A stretch of DNA of 64,000 nt from the human T2T-CHM13v2.0 reference genome, Homo sapiens. The position numbers and the translations under genes were made by a program. Shown here one piece after another: positions 25,083 through 37,553 of this stretch. The DNA lies in assembly GCF_009914755.1 (NCBI RefSeq), contig NC_060925.1. One strand, written 5' to 3'. Each line of letters starts with the position of its first letter. Position 1 is the first letter of the stretch. The notes beneath the pieces are model-generated. The model did no database searches. It saw only the letters and a program-made list of their open reading frames with translations, and was not told the DNA's origin.

Positions 25083-27455
25083 TGATAATGCTTCTGTGTC
25101 TCCACCAAAATCTCATGTCGAATTGTAATTCCCAGTGTTGGAGGAGGGGCTTGGCGGGAGGTGACTGAATCATGGGGGCAGACTTCCCCCTTGCTGTTCT
25201 TGTGATAGAGTTCCTCCAAGATCTGTTTGTTTAAGTGTGTATTAACCCCCCTACTCTCTCTCTCTCTCTCTGCTGTCATCCATGTGAAGATGTGCTTGCT
25301 TCCTCTTCACCTTCCACCATAATTGTAAGTTTCCTGAGGTCTCCCCAGCCATGCCTCCTGTACAGCCTGCAGAAACTATGAGTCAGTTAAACCTCTTTTC
25401 TTCATAAATTACCCAGTCTCAGGTAGATCTTTATAGCAGTGTGAGAATGAACTAATACAGAAAATTGGGACCAACGAAGTGGAGCATTACTATAAAGACA
25501 CCTGAAAATGTGGAAGTGACTTCAGAACTGGGCAGAGGTTGAAACACTCTGAAGGGCTCAGAAGAAAACAGGAAGAAGGGAGAAAGTTTGGAACTTCCTA
25601 GAGACTGTTGTTGAATGGTTGTAACCAAAATGCTGATAGTAATATGGACAGTGAAGTCCAGGCTGAGGATGTCTCAGAGGGAGATGAAGAACTTAGTGGA
25701 AACTGAAAGGGCACTCTTGTTATGCTTTAGCAAAGAGACTGGTGGCATTGTGCCCCTGCTGTAGAGATCTGTGGAATTTGAACTTGAGAGAGACAATTTA
25801 GGGTGTCTGGCAGAAGAAATTTCTAAGCAGCTAAGTGTTCAACTTGTGGCACGACTGCTTCTAAAAGCCTATGTTCATTTGCATTAACAAAGAAATGACC
25901 TGAAACTGTAACTTATATTTAAAAGGGAAGCAGAGCATAAATTTTGGAAAATTTGCAGCCTGACCATGTAGTAGAAAAGAAAAATCATTTTTCTGGAGTG
26001 GAATTCAAGCCTGCTGCATAAATGTGGATAAGTACAGAGAAACCAAATGTTAATAATCAAGACAATGGGGAAAATGCCTCCAAGGCATTTCAGATACCTT
26101 CACAGCAGCAACTCCCATCACAGGCCCAAAGGCCTGGGAGGGGAAAAATGGTTTTGTGGGCTGGGCCCAGGTCCCCACTGCCCTGCACAACCTCAGAACA
26201 TTGTTCCCTGCATCCCAGCTGGTCCAGCTCCAGCCATGGCTAAAAAAGCCCCAGATACATCTCAGGCCACTGCTCCAGAGGGTGCAAGCCAGAAGCTGCC
26301 AAGGTTTCCACTTGGTGTTAAGCCTATGGGTGCACAGAGGGCAAGAGTTGAGGCTTGGGAGCCTCTGCTAGATTTCAGAGGATGTATGGAAACGTCTGGA
26401 TGTCCAGGCAGAAGTTGACCTGAGCTGCAGGAGTGGAGCCCTCAAAGAGAGCCTCTTCTAGGGCAGCATGGAAAGGAAATCTGGGGTTGGAGGCCCCACA
26501 AAGGGTCCCAACTGGGGCACTGCCTAGGGGAGCTGTGAGAAGAGGGCCATCATCCTCCAGGACCCCAAATGGTAGCTCCACCAACAGTTTGCACCATGCA
26601 CTTGGAAAAGCCACAGGCACTCAATGCCAGCCTGTGAAACCAGCTTAGGGTGCTGTACCCTGCCAAGTCACAGGGATGGAGCTGCCCAAGGCCTTAGGAG
26701 TTCACCCTTTGCATCAGTGTGGCCTAGATGTGAGACATGGAGTCAAAGGAGATTGTTTGGAGCTTTAAGATTTAATGACTGCCCTGCTAGGTTTTAAACT
26801 TGCATAGGGCCTATAGCCCCTTTGTTTTGGCTGATTTCTCCCTTTTGTAACAGGACCATTTACCCAATGCCAATACACCCATTGTATCTTTGAAGTAACT
26901 AACTTGTTTTTGGTTTTACAGGCTCATAGGCAGAAGGGACTTGCCTTGTCTCAGATGAGACTTTGGACTTGGTCTTTTCAGTTAATACTGGAATGAGTTA
27001 AAACTTCGGGGGACTCTTGGGAAGGCATGATTGTCTTTTGAAATGTGAGAACATGAGATTTGGGAGGTGCCAGGGGTGGAATACTATGGTTTGGCTCTGT
27101 GTCCCCAACCAAATCTCATGTCAAATTGTAATTCCCAGTGTTGGAGGAGGGGCCTGGTGGGAGGCGATTGAATCATGGGGGTAGACTTCCCCCTTGTTGT
27201 TCTTGTGATAGAGTTCTCCCAATATCTGTTTGTTTAAAAGTGTGTCTTTTACTTCTCTGTCTTTCTCCCCTGTTGGCCAAGTGGAGACTTCCTTCCTTCC
27301 CCTTCACCTTCCACAATGATTGTAAGTTTCCTGAAGCCTCCCTAACCATGCCTTCTGTACAGCCTGCAGAACTATGAGTTAATTAAACCTCTTTTCTTTA
27401 TAAATTACCCAGTCTCAGGCAGTTTTTTAGAGCAATGTGAGAACAAACTGATACA
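25083..27455 (+). mobile_element. two-LTR MSTA (ERVL-MaLR) element: 5'LTR 25083-25459, internal 25460-27081, 3'LTR 27082-27455
   Basis: Two homologous LTRs (AAATCTCATGTC.AATTGTAATTCCCAGTGTTGGAGGAGGGG..ATAAATTACCCAGTCTCAGG..ATACA) flank a ~1.6-kb MaLR internal region (GTGAGAAGAGGGCCATCATCCTCCAG, TTGTCTCAGATGAGACTTTGG). Confidence 0.92.
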
Positions 27456-27757
27456 ATGATACTTACCTAGTGATAACTGATTAATAAGAGGCTTTTTACG
27501 TTCTTTGCAAGGAAAGAAGGAAACATTGGCAAGTGAAGGGAAGCATGAAGGGAACACAGTAGCATGCACATAGTAGAAATAATATATGTATTATTGTTGT
27601 TATTATTACTATTAACCTGAATTGTCCATTCATTTTTTAACAGATACCAATATTTTATAAGACATTGTGCTTGTTTCCATCAAGTAACAATATTTGTAAA
27701 AGTATATATTGAGTAATAGTAAAATATTAAAAACTTTCCTAAAGCTCATCAATAAAT

Positions 27758-29787
27758 ATTTTATTCAACTTTTAAGTTCAGGGGTACATGCGCAAGTTTG
27801 TTTTACAGGTAAACTTGTCTCGTGGGGGTTTGTTATACAGACAATTTCATCACCCAGGTATTAAGTCTAGTACCCATTATTTTTCCTGATCTTCTCTCTC
27901 CTCTCACCCTCCATCCTCCAGTAGGCCCCAGTATGTGTTGTTCCCCTCTATATGTCCATGTGTTCTCATCATTTAGCTCCCACTTATAAGTGAGAACATG
28001 AAGTATCTGGTTTTCTGTTCCTGCATTAGTTTGCTAAGGATAATGGCCTCCAGCTCCATCCATGTTCCTGCAAAGGACATGATCTCATTCTTTTTATGGC
28101 TGCATACTATTTCATGATGTATATGTACCACATTTTCTTTATCCAGTCTATCATCAATGGACACTTAGGCTGATTCCACATCTTTGTTGCTGTGAATAGT
28201 GCTGCAATAAACATATACATGCATGTGTCTTTATAATAGAATTTATATTCCTTTGGATCTGTACTCAGTAATAAGATTGCTGGATTAAATGGTAGTTCTG
28301 TCTTTAGGTCTTTGAGGAATCACCACCCTGTCTTCCACAATGGTTAAACTAATTTACGCTGCCACAAAGAGTGTGTAAGCATTCCTTTTTCTCTACAATC
28401 ACTTCAGCATCTGTTATTTTTTGACATTTTAGTAATAGCTCTTCTGACTGGTGTGAGATGGTATCTCACTGCAGTTTTGATTTGCATTTCTCTAATGATC
28501 AGTGATGTTGAGCTTTTTTTCATGTGATTGTTAGCCATATGCTTGTCTTCTTTTGAGAAGTGTTTGTTATTTTTTTGCCCACTTTTTAATTTTTTTTTCT
28601 TGTAAATTTGTTTAAGTTCCTTATAGATGCTGGATATTAGACCTTTGTCCGATGCATAGTTTGCAAAAATTTTCTCCCATTCTATAGGTTATCTGTTTAC
28701 TCTGTTGATATTTTCCTTTACTGTGCAGAAGCTCTTTAGTTTACTTAGATACCATTTGTCAATTTTTGCTTTTGTTGCAATTGCTTTTGCTGTCTTCATC
28801 ATGAAATCTTTTCCTGTTCATATGTCCAAAATGTTATTGCCTAGGTTGTCCTTCAGAGTTTTTTATAGTTTTGAGTTTTACATTTAAGTTTTTAATCCAT
28901 CTTGAGTTGATTTTTGTATATGGTATAAGGAAGGGGTCCAGTTTCAATCTTCTGCATATGGCTAGTCAGTTATCCTATCACCATTTATTGAATAGGCAAT
29001 CCTTTGGTTTTTGTCAAGTTTGTTTTTGTCATTGATTGTTTTTGTCAAGTTTGTCAAAGATCAGATAGTTGTAGGTGGGCACCATTATTTCTGAGTTCTT
29101 TATTGTGTTTAATTGGCATATGTGTCTATTTTTGTACCAGTACCATGCCATTTTGGTTACTGTAGCCCTGTAGTATAGTTTGAAGTCAGGTAGTATGATG
29201 CCTCCAGCTTTGTTCTTTTTGCTTAGGATTGCCTTGGCTACTTGGGTTCTTTTTGTTGTTGTTCCATATGAATTTTAAAATAGATTTTTCTAGTTCTGTG
29301 AAGAATGTCAATGGTAGTTTAATAGGAATACCATTTAATCTATACATTGCTTTGGGCAGTATGGCCATTTTAATGATATTGATTATTCCTATTCATGAGC
29401 ATGGAATGTTTTTCCATTTGTTTGTGTCATCTCTGTTTTCTTTGAGCAATGTTTTGTAGTTCTCCTTGTGGAGATCATTCTCCTTCCTGGTTACCTGTAT
29501 CCCTAGGTATTTTATTCTTTTTATGGCAATTGTGAATGGAATTGTGTTCCTGATTTGGTTCTTGACTTGACTGTTGTTAGTGTATTGGAATGTTAGTAAT
29601 TTTTGCACATTGATTTTCTATCCTGAGACTTTCCTGAAGTTGTTCATCAGCTGAAGGAGCTTTTGGGCTGAGACTACAGGATTTTTTAGATATAAGATCA
29701 TGTCATCTGCAAACAGAGATAGTTTGACTTCCTCTCTTCCTACTTGGGTGTCCTTTATTTCTTTCTCTTGCCTGATTTCCGTGGCTA
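27758..29787 (-). mobile_element. 5'-truncated L1PA13-16
   Basis: TTTTAAGTTCAGGGGTACATG..CATCACCCAGGTATTAAG 3'UTR; ORF2 peptides [19 protein letters not shown] and WMELEAIILSKL on the minus strand. Confidence 0.9.
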
Positions 29788-29960
29788 AATTAACTAGCTA
29801 TGTGACCTTGAAAATATGCTCAACCTCTCTGAGACTCTGATTGCTAAATCTGTGAAATATAGACAACAATAATTCTATTCATGAGATTGTTAAAAGTAAT
29901 ATTTAAATGTTGGGAGGATAAGCACTTAGTGCTGTACTAGATCTGATACGGTGACACTAC
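29788..29960 (+). mobile_element. MIR fragment
   Basis: ACTAGCTATGTGACCTTG..AACCTCTCTGAGACTC..ATCTGTGAAAT. Confidence 0.7.
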
Positions 29961-30739
29961 ACAAAACACTTAGTAAACTTAGATAATAATTATCCACATT
30001 TACAACAGGAAGGTCAGCTGGACAGGGCAGATAAAGAATCCAGAGAAAAACTGAATACCAGTTAAGGGCAATCCAAGAATTCAGGTACAGAAGACAAGGG
30101 AGTTCCCAGTTTTCAAAAGTTAAGCAGAAGAAGGTAGATATAATGGAGATTCTCACTTAAAGCAGCAGTATTTTGTCCAGATCAAGTTAAAATCAAGCAT
30201 GTATTGAGTTGTTCATAGCAGAGAGGAGATGGAACATAGTGATCAAGAGACTGAGTTTTGTAGAAAGTCTTGGGTTTTAGTCCTGATTCTGGAATATACC
30301 AGTTATGTAACCTCAGTTCCCCAACGCTCAATTCCTCATCCATAAGCAAAAAAATAAAAGTCCTAAGATTTGATCACCAAAGTTCCAACTTGGACCCCCA
30401 GTGAACATCAAGCTCATTGTGGCAGCAAGACAGGTGTCATGAGAGTCAGGCTACCATGGAGAGATATACTCAGGCCCCGGACACAGACCTGTATTGACTC
30501 CTAGATTAGATATGTACCATGCAATTTAGAACAAGTTTCTTAATCTTTCTGAGCCAGAGCTTCCTCAACTATATATTGGAGATAATAATAATTTCTAAGT
30601 AAGATAGGGTAAGCAAAACACCATTACAATGACCGGCACATACTATGTGTTCAAAAAGTCATGATCACTGTTGCTTATGCTTGCTCTTTCCAGGCACTAT
30701 GCTACATGTTGGAGTTAAAACAGTGAACAAGAGTACATT

Positions 30740-31030
30740 TCATTCCATCTTTCAGATATTTAAAGACAGGTGCCATGTCCATATCCACTCTGGTCTCTTC
30801 TTCAGTTCCTTAGCTATTCCCCCATGACAAGATGTCCCAACATGACCCTCTCTTTCCTGGCCATTGTTAGACAAGCTCTGTTTTGTAAATAACCCTTTGG
30901 AATATGGCACCCAGAGTGGAGATGATATCCAGCCACGATGTGATCAACCTGAAATGTCGTAAGATAAGAATTTGGCTTTGACCTTAACACTGTACTTCCA
31001 CTAACCCAACCAACATTTCTATTAGTTTTT
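30740..31030 (-). mobile_element. L3/CR1 LINE fragment
   Basis: CTTTCAGATATTTAAAGACAG..AATATGGCACCCAGAGTGG..TCCAG typical of antisense L3. Confidence 0.55.
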
Positions 31031-32384
31031 TTTTTTTAATTCCTGCAATAGTTAAAAAGGAAACTACAATAGAATTGTTGCTAAACTCATTGGCACAGTG
31101 TACAGCCTGAAAAAGTATTCAGTTATTTTAAGCAAGCTGAAAAAATAAAGAAGTAAATATTCTGTATGAGAATCCAAAGTAGAATCATGGAGCAGAAAGA
31201 GTCTATTATACCTCCTTAATGTTGTAGGCAGTCAAGATCACTCTAAATTAGTACCACAGAGAAGATGGATGTTTCCATCTGGGGAAGAAAAGAATCCATT
31301 AAAATGACTATGAATAGAAATACTTAGCCAAGAAGAAATAAACTGTGAGTATATTTTAAAGGCAAACTCCATAGTAAAGTTGAGAAGATCTGTAATAACG
31401 ATGTCAAATATCTTCTTTTAAATCTCATAAATCCTACCACAGGAATAGAGTGGAGTGAGAGCAGATTTATGCCTTTCTACAAAGGCAGAGTCTTCTACCA
31501 ATACTTGCAGATAACCCAGTGGGCCACCAACAAGTAGTTACTGCAACCTCAGAACTTAGACAATCCCCTTTACAAATTAGAATAGAGTCCTAGAAGACAG
31601 ATTATATTCTCGGAGCTGTTTTCACAGGACTATTTTCTGGCTCTTTGATTTATTTGCTTAGGTCTGAGTGTCAGAGGCCTGAAAAGTCATCTCTGGATTA
31701 CAGAGATGAGTTTAGCATGAAAGTCACATTTTGTTTTATAAAAGCAGCTCAAGCATCAGAGTTTGAATGGCTCGGCACCTCTTTAATCAAACCAGGGCTG
31801 CTCAGTGCAGGGCTTTGTAAGTGAGCTAATTAGTAATGTGCCAGAGACCTACCTGGTTAATCAAATGATTAATCACTCAGTAGACTTCATTCCTCTTGTT
31901 TTCTGGCTGTCTTTGGCTCCTGTATTTGGTGTTTTTGTATTTTTGGGGTAACTAGCATTTTAATAGCTGGCAGCCACCATTCAGGATAAAAAAAAAAGTG
32001 ACATTGTCTCATTTTAACCATTTTTTGTACGCATAAAAATGAGACAGAGGGGGTTCCTTTCTAGAACAGGTTATATGGCTTGACCAAGAAACATTAAGCC
32101 AGTTCTGAGGAAATATGATGTTTGGGTAGAAGAGGATTTGAAATTCTGTGGAAGGTTTGAGCCTTCCTTTACGTATGCAGGCCTGGTTAGAGAAAAGATT
32201 TTTGAAAATCACATGACCATAAATCAGCTGACTTGATTTTTAGGTTTCTTCCTTCTATTTATTTAATATTTTACTCTTTAAAGTAGTTTTAAAGGGAAAA
32301 GAAGGCTAGCCATCTTGGCAAATTCTAACATTGAAAATAGGGTTGCATATTTTATAGTTTTGTTGAGAAAATTGATAAAGTAAG

Positions 32385-32819
32385 TGCTGTAGTTTGGATG
32401 TTTGTCCCCTCCAACCTCACATTGAAATTTAATCCCCAGAGTAGTGATGTTAGAAGGTAGGGCCTAATGGAGGTATTTGGGTCCTGAGGGCAAATTCCTC
32501 ATGGATGGCTTGGTGCCATTCTCACAGTAGTGAGTTAGTTCTTGCTCTGTTAGTTCCCATAAGAGCTGGTTGTTAAAAAGAGCCTGGCACCTCCCCTTTC
32601 TCACCTTTGCTTCCTCTCTCACCATGAGATCACTGCACACCCAGCACCCCTTGCCTTCTGCCATAAGTGGAAGCAGCCTGAGCTTCTCACCAGGAGCTGA
32701 GCAGATGCCGTTGCCATGTATCTTGTACAGCCCAAAGAGCCAACAGCCAAATAAATTTTTTTTAATTTTATAAACTACCCAGCCTCAAGTGTACCTTTAT
32801 GGCAACACAAACAAAGACA
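32385..32819 (+). mobile_element. MSTB/MSTC solo LTR
   Basis: TGCTGTAGTTTGGATGTTTGTCCCC..AAAGAGCCTGGCACCTCC..AAGACA; perfect 5-bp TSD GTAAG on both sides. Confidence 0.9.
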
Positions 32820-33444
32820 GTAAGTTAACTTTAAGTTCCATTTTATGTGCTTTCTAGATAAGACATATTAAAAAAGAACAAATGCATTCCTTTAACTGCA
32901 ATGTTCCAGCTCTGATCATTTCCAGATTAATGATACTCTTAAAGTTTAGTTATCCAAACTGTTAAAGAGCTTAATTATTGTTTTAAAATATAATAATATA
33001 ATGGACCAATTTCAATTTAATATCTTAAAATCATTGTCCCTCAAAAATACGCAAATGGCTAAGAACTATATTAATCAGTTTCCAGAAAGATGTGCACAAT
33101 GTCATTACAAGTACCCATGAAAATCTGCCCTCCTGCCCTGTCCATGTGACTCCTCAGCCCGTCTTCATAGCCCTGTGGATCTTCACCATGCACACACACC
33201 ATAAGAGAAGATCCTCTTATTATCCCAATGGCATGGATGGCAATATAACAACAATTATAAATTTGTTCACAATAATTATTTTGGTTCATTCCTGTATTTG
33301 GACTCCAAAGTAAATTGTTTTCCATTGCCACATATGCAAAATTCCTACATTCCCAGTACAGAAAATGTAATCAAATAATACTTGACTTTTTTAAAAGGCT
33401 AGTGTAAGCCTGAAAGTAGTTGCAAGTGGCATAAGGGTCAATAG

Positions 33445-33844
<400 letters not shown>

Positions 33845-34900
33845 CTAGCTGTAATTTTTCAAGCTGCATGGTTCATCATCTCTTCAAAGTAAGTCCCTGA
33901 TCTTCTGCTTTAGAGAGCCACTGTTTCTGGTGAGAGGAGGTCAAGCACCTCAGGGATGGGGTGAGAGATGTGTGGTGTGTGAGTGTGCATGGGTGTGTGT
34001 GAGTGTGTATGTTTGAGTCAAGGGAGAGGTGAAGGTCAATCAACATTACTGGGTGCCTTAAAAAGCAAACAGAAATTTTAAGGATGGGAGTATCCTTATA
34101 ACTTCAGGATAAAATGAAAAAACATGGGAGGGTTGAGAATCCAACTGGAGGGATTATATTTCATTTATTCATATTTCAATACTGTCCCAGAATGGTTTCT
34201 AGAAACCTATAATGTAGGCAAAAATTAGTTCTTGAGGCAAAGCTTTGATTATAAAAAAAAAAAAAAAAAAACTCACAAAATGAAGGATTATAAACAAATA
34301 CCTCTAAGTTAAAGTACTCTTTAATAACTAGAAAACAGAGTCATCAAAAGAGAATTCAGGATAAAGACTAATTGTTCACCTTATTTCCAAGGCAGCCCAT
34401 CCAAGTAGAGGTCCTGAGGGGGGAAATGTGGCCATTTCCTGGACCAGGCATATCCTGTGGTCAGGAGCAGTCCTGGAAATATTAAAAAATGTGACATGTT
34501 ATCAGTTTTTCCTTCTTCAGTTTTACCCATCTCCAATCTGCCTGCCTCCAGAATTATCTTTTTAAAACACAACTCTCTCCTAGTGATCAGTTCAAGCTGC
34601 CTTGGACTTGCCACAGTGTTGTCCATGAGATTTCCCTAGTGTCCATCATTCCTTCCCCCACTCTCTCCACTTCTGGATTACATTAACCCAAAACACCACA
34701 AATCTTGTAGCATTCTGTTCCCACTGGACTAAAACAGCACCCTCCATCATCTTCAAGATCTCTCCACCAAATAATTTCTGGACTTCCACAGGCAGAATCT
34801 TACTCCTTATTCCTGAACAAGTCTACTCATGCAGGCCTCTGCACCTGGACACTAGGTGTCAAGGTGCCCACTGTTCCTCTACAGTACTCAACCAAGCCCT

Positions 34901-35724
34901 TGTAAACCAAAAATAAAATTCTAAGCCCCCCAACCAATTGAATGGACCTTTCTCTCAGCCAATGGCATTCCAAAGTAAATCTGGAAAACTAGTTCAAGCC
35001 ATGATGGCAAAGGGGGAGTCAGACTTGCCTCATTATATCCTTCTCCCTTTGGAATTCAGGCATAACTGACCATCATTAACATTAAAATAGAAATCTTAAG
35101 ACTGACAAAAGACTCTTTGTAACAATGAAATATCAAATTTCAACATGACTCCAGTATAACATTACATGACAGATAGCAGGTCTTCAAAGAAATCGAAGTA
35201 TTTTACCCCAAAATATACTTAGGTGACATATTTTGAAATGGCCCTGCAAGTCTGTCTCTTGTCAAGGAAATCTACATTCTGGAGAGATTCCCCTTACCTT
35301 TCCAGGTCTCTTCCTGATCCAAGAAAGATTAACTTAGAGTCTGGCATGTTTTTAACTCTGACAAGAAACATTTACCATCTACTTTCTCTGAAGCCTACTA
35401 TCCAGAGGCTTCATCTACATAATAAGAACCTTGGTCTCCACAACTCCTTATCTTAACGCGTATATTCCTTTTTATTGATTCCGGGACTTTAGATAATAGC
35501 TTAAATATTTAAACCAATTGCCAACCAGAAAATCTTTGGCCTGGAAGGACACCCCCACTTCACCCTCCACTTCAAGTTGTCCTGCCTTTCGAGACTGAAC
35601 CAATGCCTACCTTACATGTATTGACTGACATCTGCCTGTAACTTCTGTCCCTCTAAAATGCATAAAATCAAGCTGTAAACTTCTAAACTGATTGAGACTT
35701 CTCTCAGATATTTTTTGGTTTATC
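34901..35724 (+). mobile_element. MER4D/E-like ERV1 solo LTR
   Basis: Starts TGTAAACCAAAAATAAAATTCTAAGCCCCCCAACC; degenerate GGTTTA end; 4-bp TSD CCCT. Confidence 0.85.
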
Positions 35725-37469
35725 CCCTAGACCAAGATTCCACAGCAGTTTTACCTCTGCTCTGCCAAGCCTCATGTTCAATGACCCAAAAGTTTTGATG
35801 TGCGTAAGCACCAAAAATTTTGGTAATATTCTGACAATTGGAGAAAAACATTTCTATCCCTTTTGTATAAACCTCCAAGAACAGAGAAAGCAGTACCAAA
35901 CTGTATGCCTCTTATCCCAAAGTTTGCAGATATTTAAACAAAGCAGTTATTTTCATTTCTATATATGGCAACTCTGTGCCGCTTAAGATCCACCCTTTAA
36001 AAAAGCCTAAGGCAGGTTAGGAAACAAACCCAAATGGCAGCCAGAGCATAGGTTTTTTCTTGGGAGTCAGCTACCCACTTCTTAAAACCTAAGGCCTCTC
36101 AACTGGCTCTCCATACATGCCCAAATGTGTCTATCTGGATCCCACAAGTGGAAGCATTATGACTTCTTTCACAGGAGGATCCTCAATATCCTCCAAAATA
36201 GTTCCATCAGATACAAACCTGAAGTTTTCCCAATAGCCTCAAGCATGCCTGGACCTGTAAGCAGACATGGCCCATGCTCAAACTGAAACCCAGCTACACC
36301 TTGATTTATGGGTTGGATGGGAGAACATGAGTATCTGCCAAAAAAAGGAAGTATTTGAACCACATTTTGAAGAAAGAGTCAGATTTATGCAAACACTGTG
36401 GGGCAACGATTCATGAAGAGGGAACATGACAGAGAAAACAGAATCATGACAGAGGCCAAATATCTAATGACTTCATTTTAATCAAACTTTGTTAAGGTGT
36501 CCAGAGAAGGACATACTGACATTCTTTGAGATCATATTGACTTACAGTAACCACTCAATAAATTTTGTTGAATGAATAAATGAACAAATCATTTCACTTT
36601 TTTTAAGTGAATTAAATTTGGCTCTGAGTCCCAGCTTGCTACAAACAAGAAGGATTCCATTTCAGTCACTTTTGAAGGGGAATTCCTTCTCTTCCTAGGG
36701 TTTTAAAGACAATCAAGGAGGTTGACGTGGTGTCCAAAAAGTGAGAGATTACTCCATCATGTCATCATCTTCCAATTGTCTGTTTTGTGCATGAGGCTAC
36801 TGGGCGAACTTGTCCTCCCCCATCTAGCAGGTGAGGATGCTTCAGGTGGGCTCAGATGTACTTTCACAGCAGTCCTTTTCACTCAACAGAGGCCTGACTG
36901 CAAAACCAATGCCTGCTCGTAAAGCCTCAGTGTCAGCCTCCACAATCCTCTCACAGACACCTCCCCATCTTTGATGCATCAGACACAGAGGTCACGGATC
37001 TCCACCACTCATGGAAACACTAAAGATACTACCTAGCCCTGTCTCCACCAGAGAAAAGGAAAACATCTCCTTTCACCTTTGAGTGAACCCCGTTCTATTT
37101 CCTGGGCCCACAGCACCTTATAAACCATAGCCCGAATAGAAGTATGTGTGTTTTTTTCCAGGTGCTTTGCAATTTCTGTTTTTAACCCTGATGCATAGAA
37201 ACTATTAACAATCCCTTAGAAAGAAACTCAAACTCAGAACACAAAGATTACCTCTTTTATTATGGTAAGGAAGAGGAAAACATCTCTTGTCCATTCAGGT
37301 CTCTTCAGAGTAGCTAGAACAAAACCCAAAATAAAGTTACAGCATATAATTTTGCCCCATCATCACACTAATCCCCATGATACTGTGCATAACTGCGTCC
37401 AAAAAAATTGAATTAAGAGTCAGAAGACTCTACCATCCTGGATGCACTTCAGCACAGTATGGTCCCACT

Positions 37470-37553
37470 ATCTCCATGTAAATTTTGTCCTAGAGACCTC
37501 CCAAGACTATCATCTCCATGTAAATTTTGTCCTAGAGACCTCCCAAGACTATC
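37470..37553. repeat. perfect 42-bp tandem duplication
   Basis: ATCTCCATGTAAATTTTGTCCTAGAGACCTCCCAAGACTATC twice. Confidence 0.97.

Noticed and set aside
26022-26648. Cluster of ORFs up to 123 aa
   Set aside because: Decayed MSTA internal sequence.
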